64,000 nt of DNA, taken from contig DASZXC010000008.1 of the NCBI GenBank assembly GCA_035546035.1, positions 123,951-187,950 of the forward strand, written 5' to 3'. Source of the DNA: Minisyncoccota bacterium. GTDB taxonomy: Bacteria; Patescibacteriota; Minisyncoccia; Phycocordibacterales; UBA6065. Made by a program: the position numbers and the translations under genes. The notes beneath the pieces were generated by a model. The model was given only the letters and a program-made list of their open reading frames with translations. It was not told the origin of the DNA and did no database searches. Below are positions 37,679 through 46,760 of the stretch, one piece after another. The first letter of the stretch is position 1. Every line of letters starts with the position of its first letter.

Positions 37679-38104
37679 ATGCTTGTCCCTAAAAAAGTAA
37701 AGTACAGGAAGTGGCACGTGATGCGCAAGAACCCTTCGAAAGTGGGTATGGAGACCCGCGGCACGTACCTTTCGTTCGGATCGTTCGGCCTCAAGGCTAT
37801 CTCTGCGGCTCGCATCCGATCTGAGCAGATCGAATCGGCCCGCAAGGTCATCTCTCGCGAGATCGGCAAGAACGGCAAGCTCTGGATCCGCATCTTCCCG
37901 GACATGCCGTATACCCAGAAGCCTGCCGAAGTTAAGCTCGGCAAGGGCAAGGGCGATCTCCAGGGCTACTGCGCTCCGGTAAAGCCCGGCCGCGTGCTCT
38001 TCGAAGTGGACGGCATCGACGAAGCTATGGCCCGCGAGGCTCTCCGCAAGGGCGGCACCAAGCTCCCGACCAAGACGGTCATAATCTCCCGCGAGATCGC
38101 GTAA
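37679..38104 (+). CDS. rplP: 50S ribosomal protein L16
   Basis: MLVPKKVKYRK, QIESAR, WIRIFPD, GKGKG. Confidence 0.96.
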   Translation: MLVPKKVKYRKWHVMRKNPSKVGMETRGTYLSFGSFGLKAISAARIRSEQIESARKVISREIGKNGKLWIRIFPDMPYTQKPAEVKLGKGKGDLQGYCAPVKPGRVLFEVDGIDEAMAREALRKGGTKLPTKTVIISREIA

Positions 38105-38125
38105 TACGACGTAACACTTAATACC

Positions 38126-38437
38126 ATGTCTATCTTTAGCAAAAAACCAGCAGCAGAGAAGAAAGCGGACGCCCCGAAATCCGTCGCCTCTTCGACGACC
38201 GCTAAGGCCGGCGAGGGCAAGATCCTTCAGGGTGTCGTCGTCTCCGCAAAGATGAAGGACACTGTCGTCGTCAAAGTAGACCGCTTCGTAAAGGTCCCTA
38301 AATACGAGCGCTTCATGAAGGTTTCGAAGAAGTTCAAGGCTCACGACGCCGGCAACACCAAGAAAGAAGGCGACAAAGTCACCATCGTCGAGTGCGCGCC
38401 TATCTCCAAGGACAAGAATTTCATCGTAGCCGCATAA
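38126..38437 (+). CDS. rpsQ: 30S ribosomal protein S17 with N-extension
   Basis: GVVVSAKMKDTVVV, KKFKAHD, PISKDK. Confidence 0.95.
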   Translation: MSIFSKKPAAEKKADAPKSVASSTTAKAGEGKILQGVVVSAKMKDTVVVKVDRFVKVPKYERFMKVSKKFKAHDAGNTKKEGDKVTIVECAPISKDKNFIVAA

Positions 38438-38454
38438 TCATTTAATCAACTCCC

Positions 38455-38826
38455 ATGCTTCAGCCACGCTCAATAGTCGTAATAGCAGACAACTCCGGCG
38501 CAAAGATAGGCCGCATCTTCAAGGTGCTCGGCTCGGCCGCGAAGCGCTATGCGGAGATCGGCGACGTCGTCGTGCTCTCGGTTCAGAAAGCCGAGCCTCG
38601 CAAGGCCGTCAAAAAGAAGGACGTCCTCCACGCAGTCGTCGTCCGCACCGTAAAGGAAGCGAAGCGCAGGGACGGCTCGTATATCCGCTTCGACGAGAAC
38701 GCGGTCGTCATCCTCGAAAAGGGCAAGAAAGAGCCTCTCGCCGGACGCGTCTTCGGTCCTATCCCTCGCGAGCTCGCGGAGAAGGGCTTCCAGACCATCG
38801 CGTCGCGCGCAGCCGAAATCGTTTAA
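38455..38826 (+). CDS. rplN: 50S ribosomal protein L14
   Basis: ADNSGAK, RRDGSYIRFDENA, RVFGPIPREL. Confidence 0.96.
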   Translation: MLQPRSIVVIADNSGAKIGRIFKVLGSAAKRYAEIGDVVVLSVQKAEPRKAVKKKDVLHAVVVRTVKEAKRRDGSYIRFDENAVVILEKGKKEPLAGRVFGPIPRELAEKGFQTIASRAAEIV

Positions 38827-38837
38827 TACACACCACC

Positions 38838-39056
38838 ATGCACGTAAAGAAAGGAGACAAAGTGATAGTTTTGGCAGGGAAGGACGCAGGCAAGACCGGC
38901 GAGGTGGTTAAGTCTATGCCTAAGGAGAACAAGGTCATCGTATCTGGCGTCAATAAAATGAAGCGCCACATGAGGCCTCGCAAGCAGGGCGAGAAAGGCC
39001 AGGTCATAGACAAGGAGATGCCCCTCCACGCATCGAACGTCGCAAAGGCGAAGTAA
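38838..39056 (+). CDS. rplX: 50S ribosomal protein L24 (short)
   Basis: VKKGDKVIVLAGKDAGKTG, PLHASNV; only 72 aa. Confidence 0.93.
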   Translation: MHVKKGDKVIVLAGKDAGKTGEVVKSMPKENKVIVSGVNKMKRHMRPRKQGEKGQVIDKEMPLHASNVAKAK

Positions 39057-39075
39057 TTTCAGTAACGACACCATT

Positions 39076-39612
39076 ATGAAAACTCTCAAAGAAAAGCAGG
39101 TCGCCGCATTCGAAGTCATGAAGAAAGACTTCGGCTACAAGAACGCCATGCAGGCTCCGAAGGTACTCAAGGTCGTCGTATCGGCCGGCGTAGGCTCGTT
39201 CAAGGACAAGAAGAAGATCGAACTCGCAGGCGATAGGCTCATGAAGATCACCGGCCAGAAGGCGGTATTGAAGGGCGCCAAGAAGTCCATCGCTTCGTTC
39301 AAATCGCGCGAAGGCGATCCAATGGGCTACCAGGTCACGCTGCGCGGCGTAAAGATGTGGAACTTCCTCGAGAAGCTCGTGCATATCGCGCTCCCTCGAA
39401 CCAAAGACTTCCGCGGCCTTCCTGCGGCTTCGATGGACGGCATGGGCGGCTACTCGATCGGCGTCAAAGAGCACTCGATCTTCCCGGAGACGACCGATGA
39501 AGAGCTCAAGGACGTCTTCGGCCTCGGCGTGACCGTTCTCACGAACGTCCGCAAGAAGGAAGAGACCAAGAAATTCCTCGAACTCCTCGGTTTCCCGATC
39601 AAGAAGGCGTAG
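39076..39612 (+). CDS. rplE: 50S ribosomal protein L5
   Basis: ITGQK, VTLRG, LPRTKDFRG, IFPE. Confidence 0.96.
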   Translation: MKTLKEKQVAAFEVMKKDFGYKNAMQAPKVLKVVVSAGVGSFKDKKKIELAGDRLMKITGQKAVLKGAKKSIASFKSREGDPMGYQVTLRGVKMWNFLEKLVHIALPRTKDFRGLPAASMDGMGGYSIGVKEHSIFPETTDEELKDVFGLGVTVLTNVRKKEETKKFLELLGFPIKKA

Positions 39613-39710
39613 TTTGACAGGGCGGTGTCGGTTTGATAGGATGGCTTTACAAAGCTTTTCCCAAGGCTTTTTATTTTTCGCCGGGCATTTTCCCGGCTTT
39701 CCCACAGCAA

Positions 39711-39896
39711 ATGGCAAAAACTTCAGTAGTAGCGCGAGCGAACAAGAAACCTAAGTTCTCTACGAGGGTTGTTCGACGCTGCTTCCGCTGCGGTCGCAAG
39801 AACGGCTTCATGCGCGACTTCGGCGTATGCCGCATCTGCTTCAGGGAGTTGGCTAACGACGGCCTCATCCCAGGCATCAAGAAATCATCCTGGTAG
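39711..39896 (+). CDS. rpsZ: 30S ribosomal protein S14 (zinc-binding type Z)
   Basis: MAKTS...RCFRCGR...CRICFRELA; own promoter TTGACA-17-TAGGAT at 39614-39642. Confidence 0.95.
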   Translation: MAKTSVVARANKKPKFSTRVVRRCFRCGRKNGFMRDFGVCRICFRELANDGLIPGIKKSSW

Positions 39897-39968
39897 ACCA
39901 TTATTAATTTAGGCAGTAGCGATCGGAGGACACTGACAGTTACGACCGAAAGCTATACGCTAAATCAC

Positions 39969-40358
39969 ATGCGAGACCCAATTTCAAACCTCATAACGAA
40001 CCTCAAGAACGGCTCCGCCGCGAAGAAAGACGTCGTGGCCGTCCCTCTTTCCAATTTCACCGAAGCCGTCGTCGCGGCTCTTTCGCGTAAAGGCTATGTA
40101 AAGCCCGGCATCAAGAAGGGTAAGAAGGTCGCGAAGACCCTCGAAGTAGGTCTTATCTATGTCGAGGGTAAGGCTCGCATCACGGACGTGAAGCGCCTCT
40201 CGAAGCCTTCGAAGCGCCTCTACAAGGGCTATTCCGAGATCTTTCCGGTCAAGCAGGGCTATGGCTCGACGTTCGTCTCTACCCCGAAGGGCATCCTCTC
40301 GGATGACGAAGTTCGTAAAGAAAAGGTCGGCGGCGAGATCCTCTTCCAGATCTGGTAA
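39969..40358 (+). CDS. rpsH: 30S ribosomal protein S8
   Basis: DPISNLIT, SKPSKRLY, STPKG, VGGEIL. Confidence 0.95.
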   Translation: MRDPISNLITNLKNGSAAKKDVVAVPLSNFTEAVVAALSRKGYVKPGIKKGKKVAKTLEVGLIYVEGKARITDVKRLSKPSKRLYKGYSEIFPVKQGYGSTFVSTPKGILSDDEVRKEKVGGEILFQIW

Positions 40359-40376
40359 TTTCTCATACAAAATCAC

Positions 40377-40904
40377 ATGTCACGCGTAGCAAAGAAACCA
40401 ATAGCGATACCAGAGAAGACGACCGTAGCCGTTAACGGCCAGACCGTTTCCGTAAAGGGCCCGTTGGGCGAGATGGTCCGCGACTTCAAGCCGGGCATCG
40501 AGTTCAAGGTAGAGAGCAATGCTGTCACCGTCGCTCTCCATCGCCCGGAAGATTATATGCTCTGGGGCACGTATGCATCGCACCTCAAGAACATGATCAA
40601 GGGCGTCAACGCTGGCTTCACCAAGAAGCTCATCATCGAAGGCATCGGCTTCAAGTCCGATGTCAAGGGGGCAAAGCTCGCTCTTTCGCTCGGCTTCTCG
40701 CATCCGATAGACCTCGATATACCGAAGGATCTTAAGGTGACCGCAGATAAGAACGTTATAACCATCACGGGCGTTTCGAACGAGAAGGTCGGCGAATTCG
40801 CTTCGAAGATCCGCGCATTGAAGAAGCCGGAGCCGTATAAGGGCAAGGGCATCCGATATGAGGGCGAGGTCATCCGCAGGAAGCAGGGTAAGAAAGCAGC
40901 GTAA
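40377..40904 (+). CDS. rplF: 50S ribosomal protein L6
   Basis: MSRVAKKPI, LGFSHP, PEPYKGKGIRY. Confidence 0.96.
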   Translation: MSRVAKKPIAIPEKTTVAVNGQTVSVKGPLGEMVRDFKPGIEFKVESNAVTVALHRPEDYMLWGTYASHLKNMIKGVNAGFTKKLIIEGIGFKSDVKGAKLALSLGFSHPIDLDIPKDLKVTADKNVITITGVSNEKVGEFASKIRALKKPEPYKGKGIRYEGEVIRRKQGKKAA

Positions 40905-40921
40905 TCCTTCGTAACAATCCT

Positions 40922-41284
40922 ATGAAACACAACATCAAAAAGGAAAAGAGGATACGACGCCACAAGGCGATCAGGACGCGCCTTTCGGGCACCGCTGAAA
41001 AGCCGCGTCTCGCGGTATTCCGCTCGAACAAGTTCATGTACGCCCAGCTTATAGATGACGCTGCGGCGAAAACGATCGCGTCGGCGACGTCGCATACGGG
41101 CAAGAAGGCGAAAGCCAAGTCCGCAAAGAAGGTAGATGCCGCATTCGCGGTCGGTAAGGCAATAGCCGAAAAGGCGGTCGCTCTCAAGGTGAAGGCGGTC
41201 GTATTCGATCGCGGAGGCTTCGGCTTCAAGGGCCGCGTCGCGGCTCTCGCTGCGGGCGCTCGCGAAGGCGGACTCAAATTCTAA
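40922..41284 (+). CDS. rplR: 50S ribosomal protein L18
   Basis: PRLAVFRSNK, VVFDRGG, AREGGLKF. Confidence 0.96.
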   Translation: MKHNIKKEKRIRRHKAIRTRLSGTAEKPRLAVFRSNKFMYAQLIDDAAAKTIASATSHTGKKAKAKSAKKVDAAFAVGKAIAEKAVALKVKAVVFDRGGFGFKGRVAALAAGAREGGLKF

Positions 41285-41295
41285 TAATTAAAAGT

Positions 41296-41946
41296 ATGAA
41301 CCCAGAGAACGAGAACAAGACGACGGCTCCGACTGCAGCTCCTGCTGCGGCCGCTTCGACGACGGCTTCGGCCGCTCCTGCAGAGAACCGCGATCGCGAT
41401 TTCCGCGGATTCCGCGATCAGGCAGGAAGGGGGCAGGGAGGCCGCGGTCGCGGTCCCCGCAAGGGCGACACTCGCGCCCCTCGCGCGAAGCCGGAGTATG
41501 ACTCCGTCATGCTCAATATCCGACGCGTTTCCCGAACCGTCGCCGGCGGACGACGCTTCGCATTCTCGGTCGCTCTCGTCGCAGGCAACAAGAAGGGCAT
41601 GGTGGGCGTCGGCCTCGGAAAGGCGGGCGACACCGCCCTTGCCATAGACAAGGCTACCCGCAACGCCAAGAAGCACATGATCAAGGTCAATACGACCAAG
41701 GACATGTCCATACCTCACGAAGTCTCGTCGAAATACTCGTCGGCCCGCGTCTCGATCCGCCCTGTGAAAGACCGCGGCCTCGTCGCGGGTTCGGCGGTCC
41801 GAACGGTCCTCGAGCTCGCCGGCGTCAAGAACGTCGCCGCGAAGATCGTCTCTCCTTCGAAGAACAAGCTCAACATCGCCCGCGCCACGATCGACGCCCT
41901 CGAGAGCCTTAACCTCGTCCGACCGGTCGGCTCCAAAAAGGCTTAA
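41296..41946 (+). CDS. rpsE: 30S ribosomal protein S5
   Basis: RVSRTVAGGRRFAFS, VRTVLELAGV. Confidence 0.95.
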   Translation: MNPENENKTTAPTAAPAAAASTTASAAPAENRDRDFRGFRDQAGRGQGGRGRGPRKGDTRAPRAKPEYDSVMLNIRRVSRTVAGGRRFAFSVALVAGNKKGMVGVGLGKAGDTALAIDKATRNAKKHMIKVNTTKDMSIPHEVSSKYSSARVSIRPVKDRGLVAGSAVRTVLELAGVKNVAAKIVSPSKNKLNIARATIDALESLNLVRPVGSKKA

Positions 41947-41958
41947 TACACAAATCAT

Positions 41959-42417
41959 ATGCAGCTTAACAACATCAGCAGGAAGACCCCGAACGCAAAG
42001 ACGCCCCTCATCGGTCGCGGCGGCAAGCGCGGCAAGACCTCGGGACGCGGCACCAAAGGCCAGAAGGCCCGTGCCGGCAACAAAAAGCGTCCGGAGATCC
42101 GCGATTTCATCAAGCGAATGCCGAAGCTTCGCGGCTATGCGTTCAAGTCGTTCGCGAAGAAACCCGTTCTCGTCGCTCTTTCGGCCGTCGAAAGGGAATT
42201 CAAGGCGGGTGATCGCGTCGAGCCGGCTACGCTCGTAGCCAAGGGTCTCGTTCAGAAGACGGAAGGCAACTTTCCTCGCATCAAGCTCCTCACGTCCAAG
42301 GCTTCGACCAAGCAGGGCGCGGTAGAGATCACCAAGAAACTCGTCGTTTCGGGCGTCGAAGTGTCCGCGGGCGCGAAAGTGGCCCTTGAAAAGGCGGGCG
42401 GTACGGTGCATGCTTAA
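41959..42417 (+). CDS. rplO: 50S ribosomal protein L15
   Basis: GRGGKRGKTSGRGTKGQKARAG, PKLRG. Confidence 0.95.
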   Translation: MQLNNISRKTPNAKTPLIGRGGKRGKTSGRGTKGQKARAGNKKRPEIRDFIKRMPKLRGYAFKSFAKKPVLVALSAVEREFKAGDRVEPATLVAKGLVQKTEGNFPRIKLLTSKASTKQGAVEITKKLVVSGVEVSAGAKVALEKAGGTVHA

Positions 42418-42439
42418 AAGGACGGGTTAGACCCCTCAT

Positions 42440-43711
42440 ATGAACGCTTTTTTCGAAAAAATCTCTCACGTCTTCAGGGATAAGAACTTGCGCAAGCGCA
42501 TCCTCTTCGTCGTCGGCGCGCTCGTCATATTCCGTCTCCTTACCATGATCCCGATCCCGGGCATCGATACGGCGAAATTGGCGTCCCTTTTCGCGAACAG
42601 CCAGTTCCTCGGCCTTCTCAACATATTCTCGGGCGGCGGCCTTTCGAACCTGTCGATCGTCATGCTCGGCGTCGGTCCGTACATCACGGCGTCTATCATC
42701 ATGCAGCTCCTCACCATCATGGTGCCCTCGCTCAAGGCCATGTATCAGGAGGAAGGCGAAGCCGGCCGCGCGAAGTTCGCGCAGTACTCGCGCCGACTCG
42801 CATTGCCGTTGGCTCTCATCCAGGCATTCTCTTTCATCGTCATATTCCAGCGACAGGGCATCATCGCCGACCTCACGGTATTCAGCCTCCTTCTGAACAT
42901 CTTCACCATCGCCGGCGGCTCGATGCTCCTTATGTGGCTCGGCGAGCTCATCACTGAATTCGGATTGGGCAACGGCACGTCGCTCATCATATTCGCCGGC
43001 ATCGTCGCGCGGATCCCGCAGGGCATTTCGGGCGCGCTCGCATCGTATGATCCGTCCCAGCTTCCGGTATATATCGCTATCGTCGCTCTCGCGGCCGTCA
43101 TCATATACGGCGTCGTCGTCGTCACCGAGGCGGAGCGACCGATCCCGGTCACATATGCCAAGCAAGTCCGCGGCATGAAAGTCTACGGCGGTGTTTCGAC
43201 ATACCTCCCGTTGCGCCTCAATCAGGCAGGCGTCATTCCTATCATATTCGCGCTCTCGATACTCTTGTTCCCGCAGATGCTCTTCAATTTCTTTGCCGTC
43301 TCGACGAACGAGGCCTTGAAGCACGTCTCGACCGTGGGACTTTCCCTCATCAACACGCCGTGGCTCTATGACTCGTTCTACTTCATCCTTGTCTTCGTCT
43401 TCACGTACTTCTATACGGCGGTGACGTTCGATCCGATGATGATATCGGAGAACCTCCAGAAGTCAGGCGCATTCATCCCGGGCGTCCGCCCCGGCCAGTC
43501 CACGGCCGAATACCTTTCCAAGATCGTCACGCGCATCACTCTTGTGGGCGCCCTGTTCCTCGGCATCATCGCGGTATTGCCGCTCGTTCTCAGGACCATT
43601 TCGGGCATCACGACTCTTGCTATCGGCGGCACCGCGCTTCTCATCGTGGTCTCTGTGGTGCTGGATGTGGTCAAGAAGCTGGATGCGCAAGTATCCATGC
43701 GAGAGTATTAA
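42440..43711 (+). CDS. secY: Preprotein translocase SecY
   Basis: LGVGPYITASIIMQLL, GLGNGTSLII, AGVIPIIFA, IPGVRPG, GGTALLIVV. Confidence 0.97.
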   Translation: MNAFFEKISHVFRDKNLRKRILFVVGALVIFRLLTMIPIPGIDTAKLASLFANSQFLGLLNIFSGGGLSNLSIVMLGVGPYITASIIMQLLTIMVPSLKAMYQEEGEAGRAKFAQYSRRLALPLALIQAFSFIVIFQRQGIIADLTVFSLLLNIFTIAGGSMLLMWLGELITEFGLGNGTSLIIFAGIVARIPQGISGALASYDPSQLPVYIAIVALAAVIIYGVVVVTEAERPIPVTYAKQVRGMKVYGGVSTYLPLRLNQAGVIPIIFALSILLFPQMLFNFFAVSTNEALKHVSTVGLSLINTPWLYDSFYFILVFVFTYFYTAVTFDPMMISENLQKSGAFIPGVRPGQSTAEYLSKIVTRITLVGALFLGIIAVLPLVLRTISGITTLAIGGTALLIVVSVVLDVVKKLDAQVSMREY

Positions 43712-43716
43712 TCCTT

Positions 43717-43745
43717 AAAAATCCCGCTCCGGCGGGATTTTTTAT
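43717..43745 (+). terminator. Intrinsic terminator after secY
   Basis: AAAAATCCCGC-TCCG-GCGGGATTTTT. Confidence 0.85.
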
Positions 43746-43772
43746 TTCCTGAAAGTCCTATAAAATAGAAGC

Positions 43773-44384
43773 ATGAAACATCCCATCACGGTGGTCTTCT
43801 TCGGCAAGTCGGGCGCGGGCAAGGGCACGCAGGCGACGCTTCTCCTTAAAAGCTTCGAAAGGCTGGACGCCGCCCGCCCGACCATATACGTGGAGACTGG
43901 CCAGAAATTTAGGAACTTCGTGAGCACGAGCCCGTCATACATGGCGAAAAGGATATATGAGGTCATCCATGCCGGAAAATTCCTCCCCCCGTTTATTCCT
44001 ATCTGGATGTGGACGCAGTTCTTCGTGGACGAGATCAAGACGGGCGAAGAGCATATGGTATTCGACGGCGTCTGTCGCCAGCCGGAAGAAGGGCCGATCC
44101 TCGACTCGGCGCTTCAATTCCTGGGCCGCATAAAGCCGGTCGTTATCTTGCTCGACGTCCATCATGACGAAGTCACCAAGCGCCTTCTGAAGCGCGGTCG
44201 TCACGACGACACCCATGAGAAGATCGCATCGCGCCTTGCCGCATTCGAAAAAGAGGGAATGCCGTCCGTCACTTATTTCAAAACCAGCCCGCACGTGAAA
44301 TTCGTGACCGTGAACGGCGACCAGCCCATAGAAAAGGTTCACGAAGACGTACTCGCCGCGATCGGGATCGAAGGTAGACTATAA
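43773..44384 (+). CDS. adk: Adenylate kinase family nucleoside monophosphate kinase
   Basis: GKSGAGKGTQA, ETGQKFR, FDG..R, RGRHDD; follows secY. Confidence 0.85.
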   Translation: MKHPITVVFFGKSGAGKGTQATLLLKSFERLDAARPTIYVETGQKFRNFVSTSPSYMAKRIYEVIHAGKFLPPFIPIWMWTQFFVDEIKTGEEHMVFDGVCRQPEEGPILDSALQFLGRIKPVVILLDVHHDEVTKRLLKRGRHDDTHEKIASRLAAFEKEGMPSVTYFKTSPHVKFVTVNGDQPIEKVHEDVLAAIGIEGRL

Positions 44385-44409
44385 GCCCGTCACAGGGTAG
44401 TCTGTGGTC

Positions 44410-45180
44410 ATGGCCATACGGCTCAAATCCAAGGAAGACATAGCCATCATGCGCGAAGGCGGCAAGCGCCACGCTTTCATATTAAAAGAGCTCGCCGGCA
44501 TGGTCGCTCCCGGCGTCTCTGCGCAGGCGCTCGACGATAGGGCGGCGGAATTGATAGCTGAAGGCGGCGACGCAGCGGCGTTTCTGAACTACAAGCCCTA
44601 TGGTGCCAAGCGCCCGTTTCCGGCAAGCCTCTGCGTGTCCGTAAATGACGCGGTCGTTCACGGCATACCGAACGAACGGCCGTATATCATCAAAGAGGGC
44701 GATATCGTATCGCTCGACCTCGGCCTCGTCCATAAGGGTTTCATCACCGATATGGCCGTGACCGTCCCTGCAGGAGAGATAGACAAAGGAGCGGCGGCGC
44801 TTTTGAAAGCGACGAAAAAGGCGCTCGAGCTCGGCGTGAAACAGGCCAAAGCAGGGAATACCACGGGACATATCGGCGAAGCCGTCGAATCGTTCATCGC
44901 GTCTCTCGGCTATGGCATCGTCGAAGAGCTCGCGGGCCACGGCGTCGGATATGAGGTCCACGAAGACCCGTACGTTCCGAATTACGGAACCGCGGGCGAC
45001 GGCGAAGCTCTCGTTCCCGGCATGGTCATAGCCATCGAGCCTATCGTCACCGAAGGATCGGGCAGGATCTTTTTGGATAAGGACGGATACACCTACCGCA
45101 CCAAAGACGGCAAGCGCAGCGCACATTTCGAAGTGACCGTCGCCATCACCGAAAAGGGAGCGGAGGTGCTGACAAAATAA
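44410..45180 (+). CDS. map: Methionine aminopeptidase type I
   Basis: CVSVNDAVVHGIP, DLG..TDMA, GHGVG..VHEDP, AIEP, SAHFE. Confidence 0.95.
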   Translation: MAIRLKSKEDIAIMREGGKRHAFILKELAGMVAPGVSAQALDDRAAELIAEGGDAAAFLNYKPYGAKRPFPASLCVSVNDAVVHGIPNERPYIIKEGDIVSLDLGLVHKGFITDMAVTVPAGEIDKGAAALLKATKKALELGVKQAKAGNTTGHIGEAVESFIASLGYGIVEELAGHGVGYEVHEDPYVPNYGTAGDGEALVPGMVIAIEPIVTEGSGRIFLDKDGYTYRTKDGKRSAHFEVTVAITEKGAEVLTK

Positions 45181-45219
45181 TCCCACTGCTTCGGCACGCG
45201 ATAGGGTATAATGTCGGGC

Positions 45220-45774
45220 ATGCAACACCCGAAAAAAGAACGCACGCTCGTCATCGTGAAGCCTGACGGCATCCAGAGAAGCCTGGTCGGAGAGATCATC
45301 GGCAGGTTCGAGCGCATCGGATTGAAGATCGTCGCTGCAAAAATGACGGTCGCGACGCCTGAACATATCGAGGCGCACTACACCTTGGATTCGAACTGGC
45401 GCCGCGTCACAGGCGAGAAGACCATCAAAGCCTATACCGACAAAGGCCAGAAACATCCGGTCAGCCAGGATCCTATCGAAGTCACGGACGTCATACTGAA
45501 AAAGCTCAAAAAATACATGACGAGCGGGCCGATCATCCCGATGGTGCTCGAAGGCGCCCATTCCGTCGCCATCGTCAGGAAATTGATAGGCTCTACCGAG
45601 CCGCTCTCGTCCGATGTCGGCACCATTCGCGGCGATTTCGTCCTCGATTCCTATGCCATGAGCTACGCCGACGACCGATCGGTGCGAAATCTCGTCCATG
45701 CATCGGGTTCGGTAGGGGAAGCGGAGCAGGAGATCAAGCACTGGTTCAAGCCGGAAGAGATTCTCTACGGCTAG
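45220..45774 (+). CDS. ndk: Nucleoside diphosphate kinase
   Basis: ERTLVIVKPDGIQR, GTIRGDF, NLVHASGS; start placed 7 nt after TATAAT. Confidence 0.94.
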   Translation: MQHPKKERTLVIVKPDGIQRSLVGEIIGRFERIGLKIVAAKMTVATPEHIEAHYTLDSNWRRVTGEKTIKAYTDKGQKHPVSQDPIEVTDVILKKLKKYMTSGPIIPMVLEGAHSVAIVRKLIGSTEPLSSDVGTIRGDFVLDSYAMSYADDRSVRNLVHASGSVGEAEQEIKHWFKPEEILYG

Positions 45775-45876
45775 AAACTTTTTCGACCGCCGGTCGTATT
45801 CATTTACTCTTTCCTTTTTTCGTTTTGCAGGCTTTGTCCCCACTTGTACCTCGGAGAAGGGAGATTATAATGAAAT

Positions 45877-45999
45877 GGGTTATTCGAAAGATTAACTCTA
45901 TAACATTTTTTTAGGGAAATAGCGCATTGAGTCCGATCTTGGTCGGACGTTACGCTTCCCACCTAGTGCAAACTAGGGACAATCTTCCGAATGACCCCC
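45877..45999 (+). ncRNA. ssrS: Probable compact 6S RNA
   Basis: Own promoter TTGTAC-16-TATAAT; 17-bp closing stem, AU-rich central bubble, terminal stem, CCCACCU followed by a small hairpin; own terminator. Confidence 0.6.
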
Positions 46000-46006
46000 A
46001 GAGAAC

Positions 46007-46037
46007 CCGTTCTCATCCCCGTGAGAACGGTTTTTCT
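46007..46037 (+). terminator. Terminator of the ncRNA
   Basis: CCGTTCTCAT-CCCC-GTGAGAACGG-TTTTTCT. Confidence 0.75.
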
Positions 46038-46062
46038 ATTCCGGACGGGCGCGCAGAGGCGT

Positions 46063-46091
46063 TTGACATAAAGTACTATAAGGTGTATAAT
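46063..46091 (+). promoter_or_regulatory. Consensus sigma70 promoter
   Basis: TTGACA-17-TATAAT exact. Confidence 0.8.
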
Positions 46092-46154
46092 ATAATAAAG
46101 TTCATTGAGTAGAGGAAACCAAAACCGCCCGAATAAGGGCAAGGAGATACAATA

Positions 46155-46751
46155 ATGAGCACACATGCAGGATTCGCGGCCGCCGCTCCGGCGTTTAGCC
46201 GGCTCGGCGCCCTCTTCAGGAGATTCGCCGGTAGGGAAAGCGCGTTTCGCCCTGTACGGGGCGGCGTTCAGAACGGGATCATCCGCTTCAAGCTCACGGG
46301 CCGGGGAATGACCGATGAGCAATGGCTTGCCCGTTTCAAAGCCAGGGGTATCCGGGTCGAAGACCAAGCCAGAAGCGTGCTCCGTACGTCGGAGTTCAAA
46401 CCTGCCGAAGGCGTCGTCGCTGCGGAGGTTGCGATCCTGAAGGACGCGATCTGGCGCGGCTGCGATCGGAGCACCGAGAATATCCGGGTCTTCGCCGCCG
46501 GGCATGGGCTCGGACGGCCGAATGCCGACCTCGCCTGCCTTATCCGCGACTCGCTCTCGGACCAGGAGATCGAGGCGATGGGCCTCCGCTGGATCGTCGC
46601 CATGCACGAACCGATCAAGGATCCCTATGGCGATCCCGGCCTCCTCGCCGCAGGGCCCGGCCGCTGTCTGGATGCGTATTGCGTCAGGCCCGGCCAGACT
46701 TGGAAGCGAGGGATCGGTTTTGCGTTCATCGTCCCTCAGGCAAGCCCTTGA
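46155..46751 (+). CDS. Hypothetical protein, stand-alone transcription unit
   Basis: 198 aa; AAGGAG 8 nt upstream; own promoter and terminator; ends W..GIGFAFIV. Confidence 0.75.
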   Translation: MSTHAGFAAAAPAFSRLGALFRRFAGRESAFRPVRGGVQNGIIRFKLTGRGMTDEQWLARFKARGIRVEDQARSVLRTSEFKPAEGVVAAEVAILKDAIWRGCDRSTENIRVFAAGHGLGRPNADLACLIRDSLSDQEIEAMGLRWIVAMHEPIKDPYGDPGLLAAGPGRCLDAYCVRPGQTWKRGIGFAFIVPQASP

Positions 46752-46760
46752 GGCCGCGTC

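Noticed and set aside
41947-41958. Absence of rpmD (L30) as a novelty
   Set aside because: Loss of L30 is an established CPR-wide trait; used only as a taxonomic clue
45960-45980. GCAAAC as part of a c-di-GMP-I riboswitch
   Set aside because: The second stem and other conserved elements are missing; the hairpin fits better as part of the 6S-like fold, and the next gene has its own promoter
45927-46112. 61-aa ORF starting at TTG
   Set aside because: It crosses a structured RNA, a terminator and the next promoter, and lacks protein-like features
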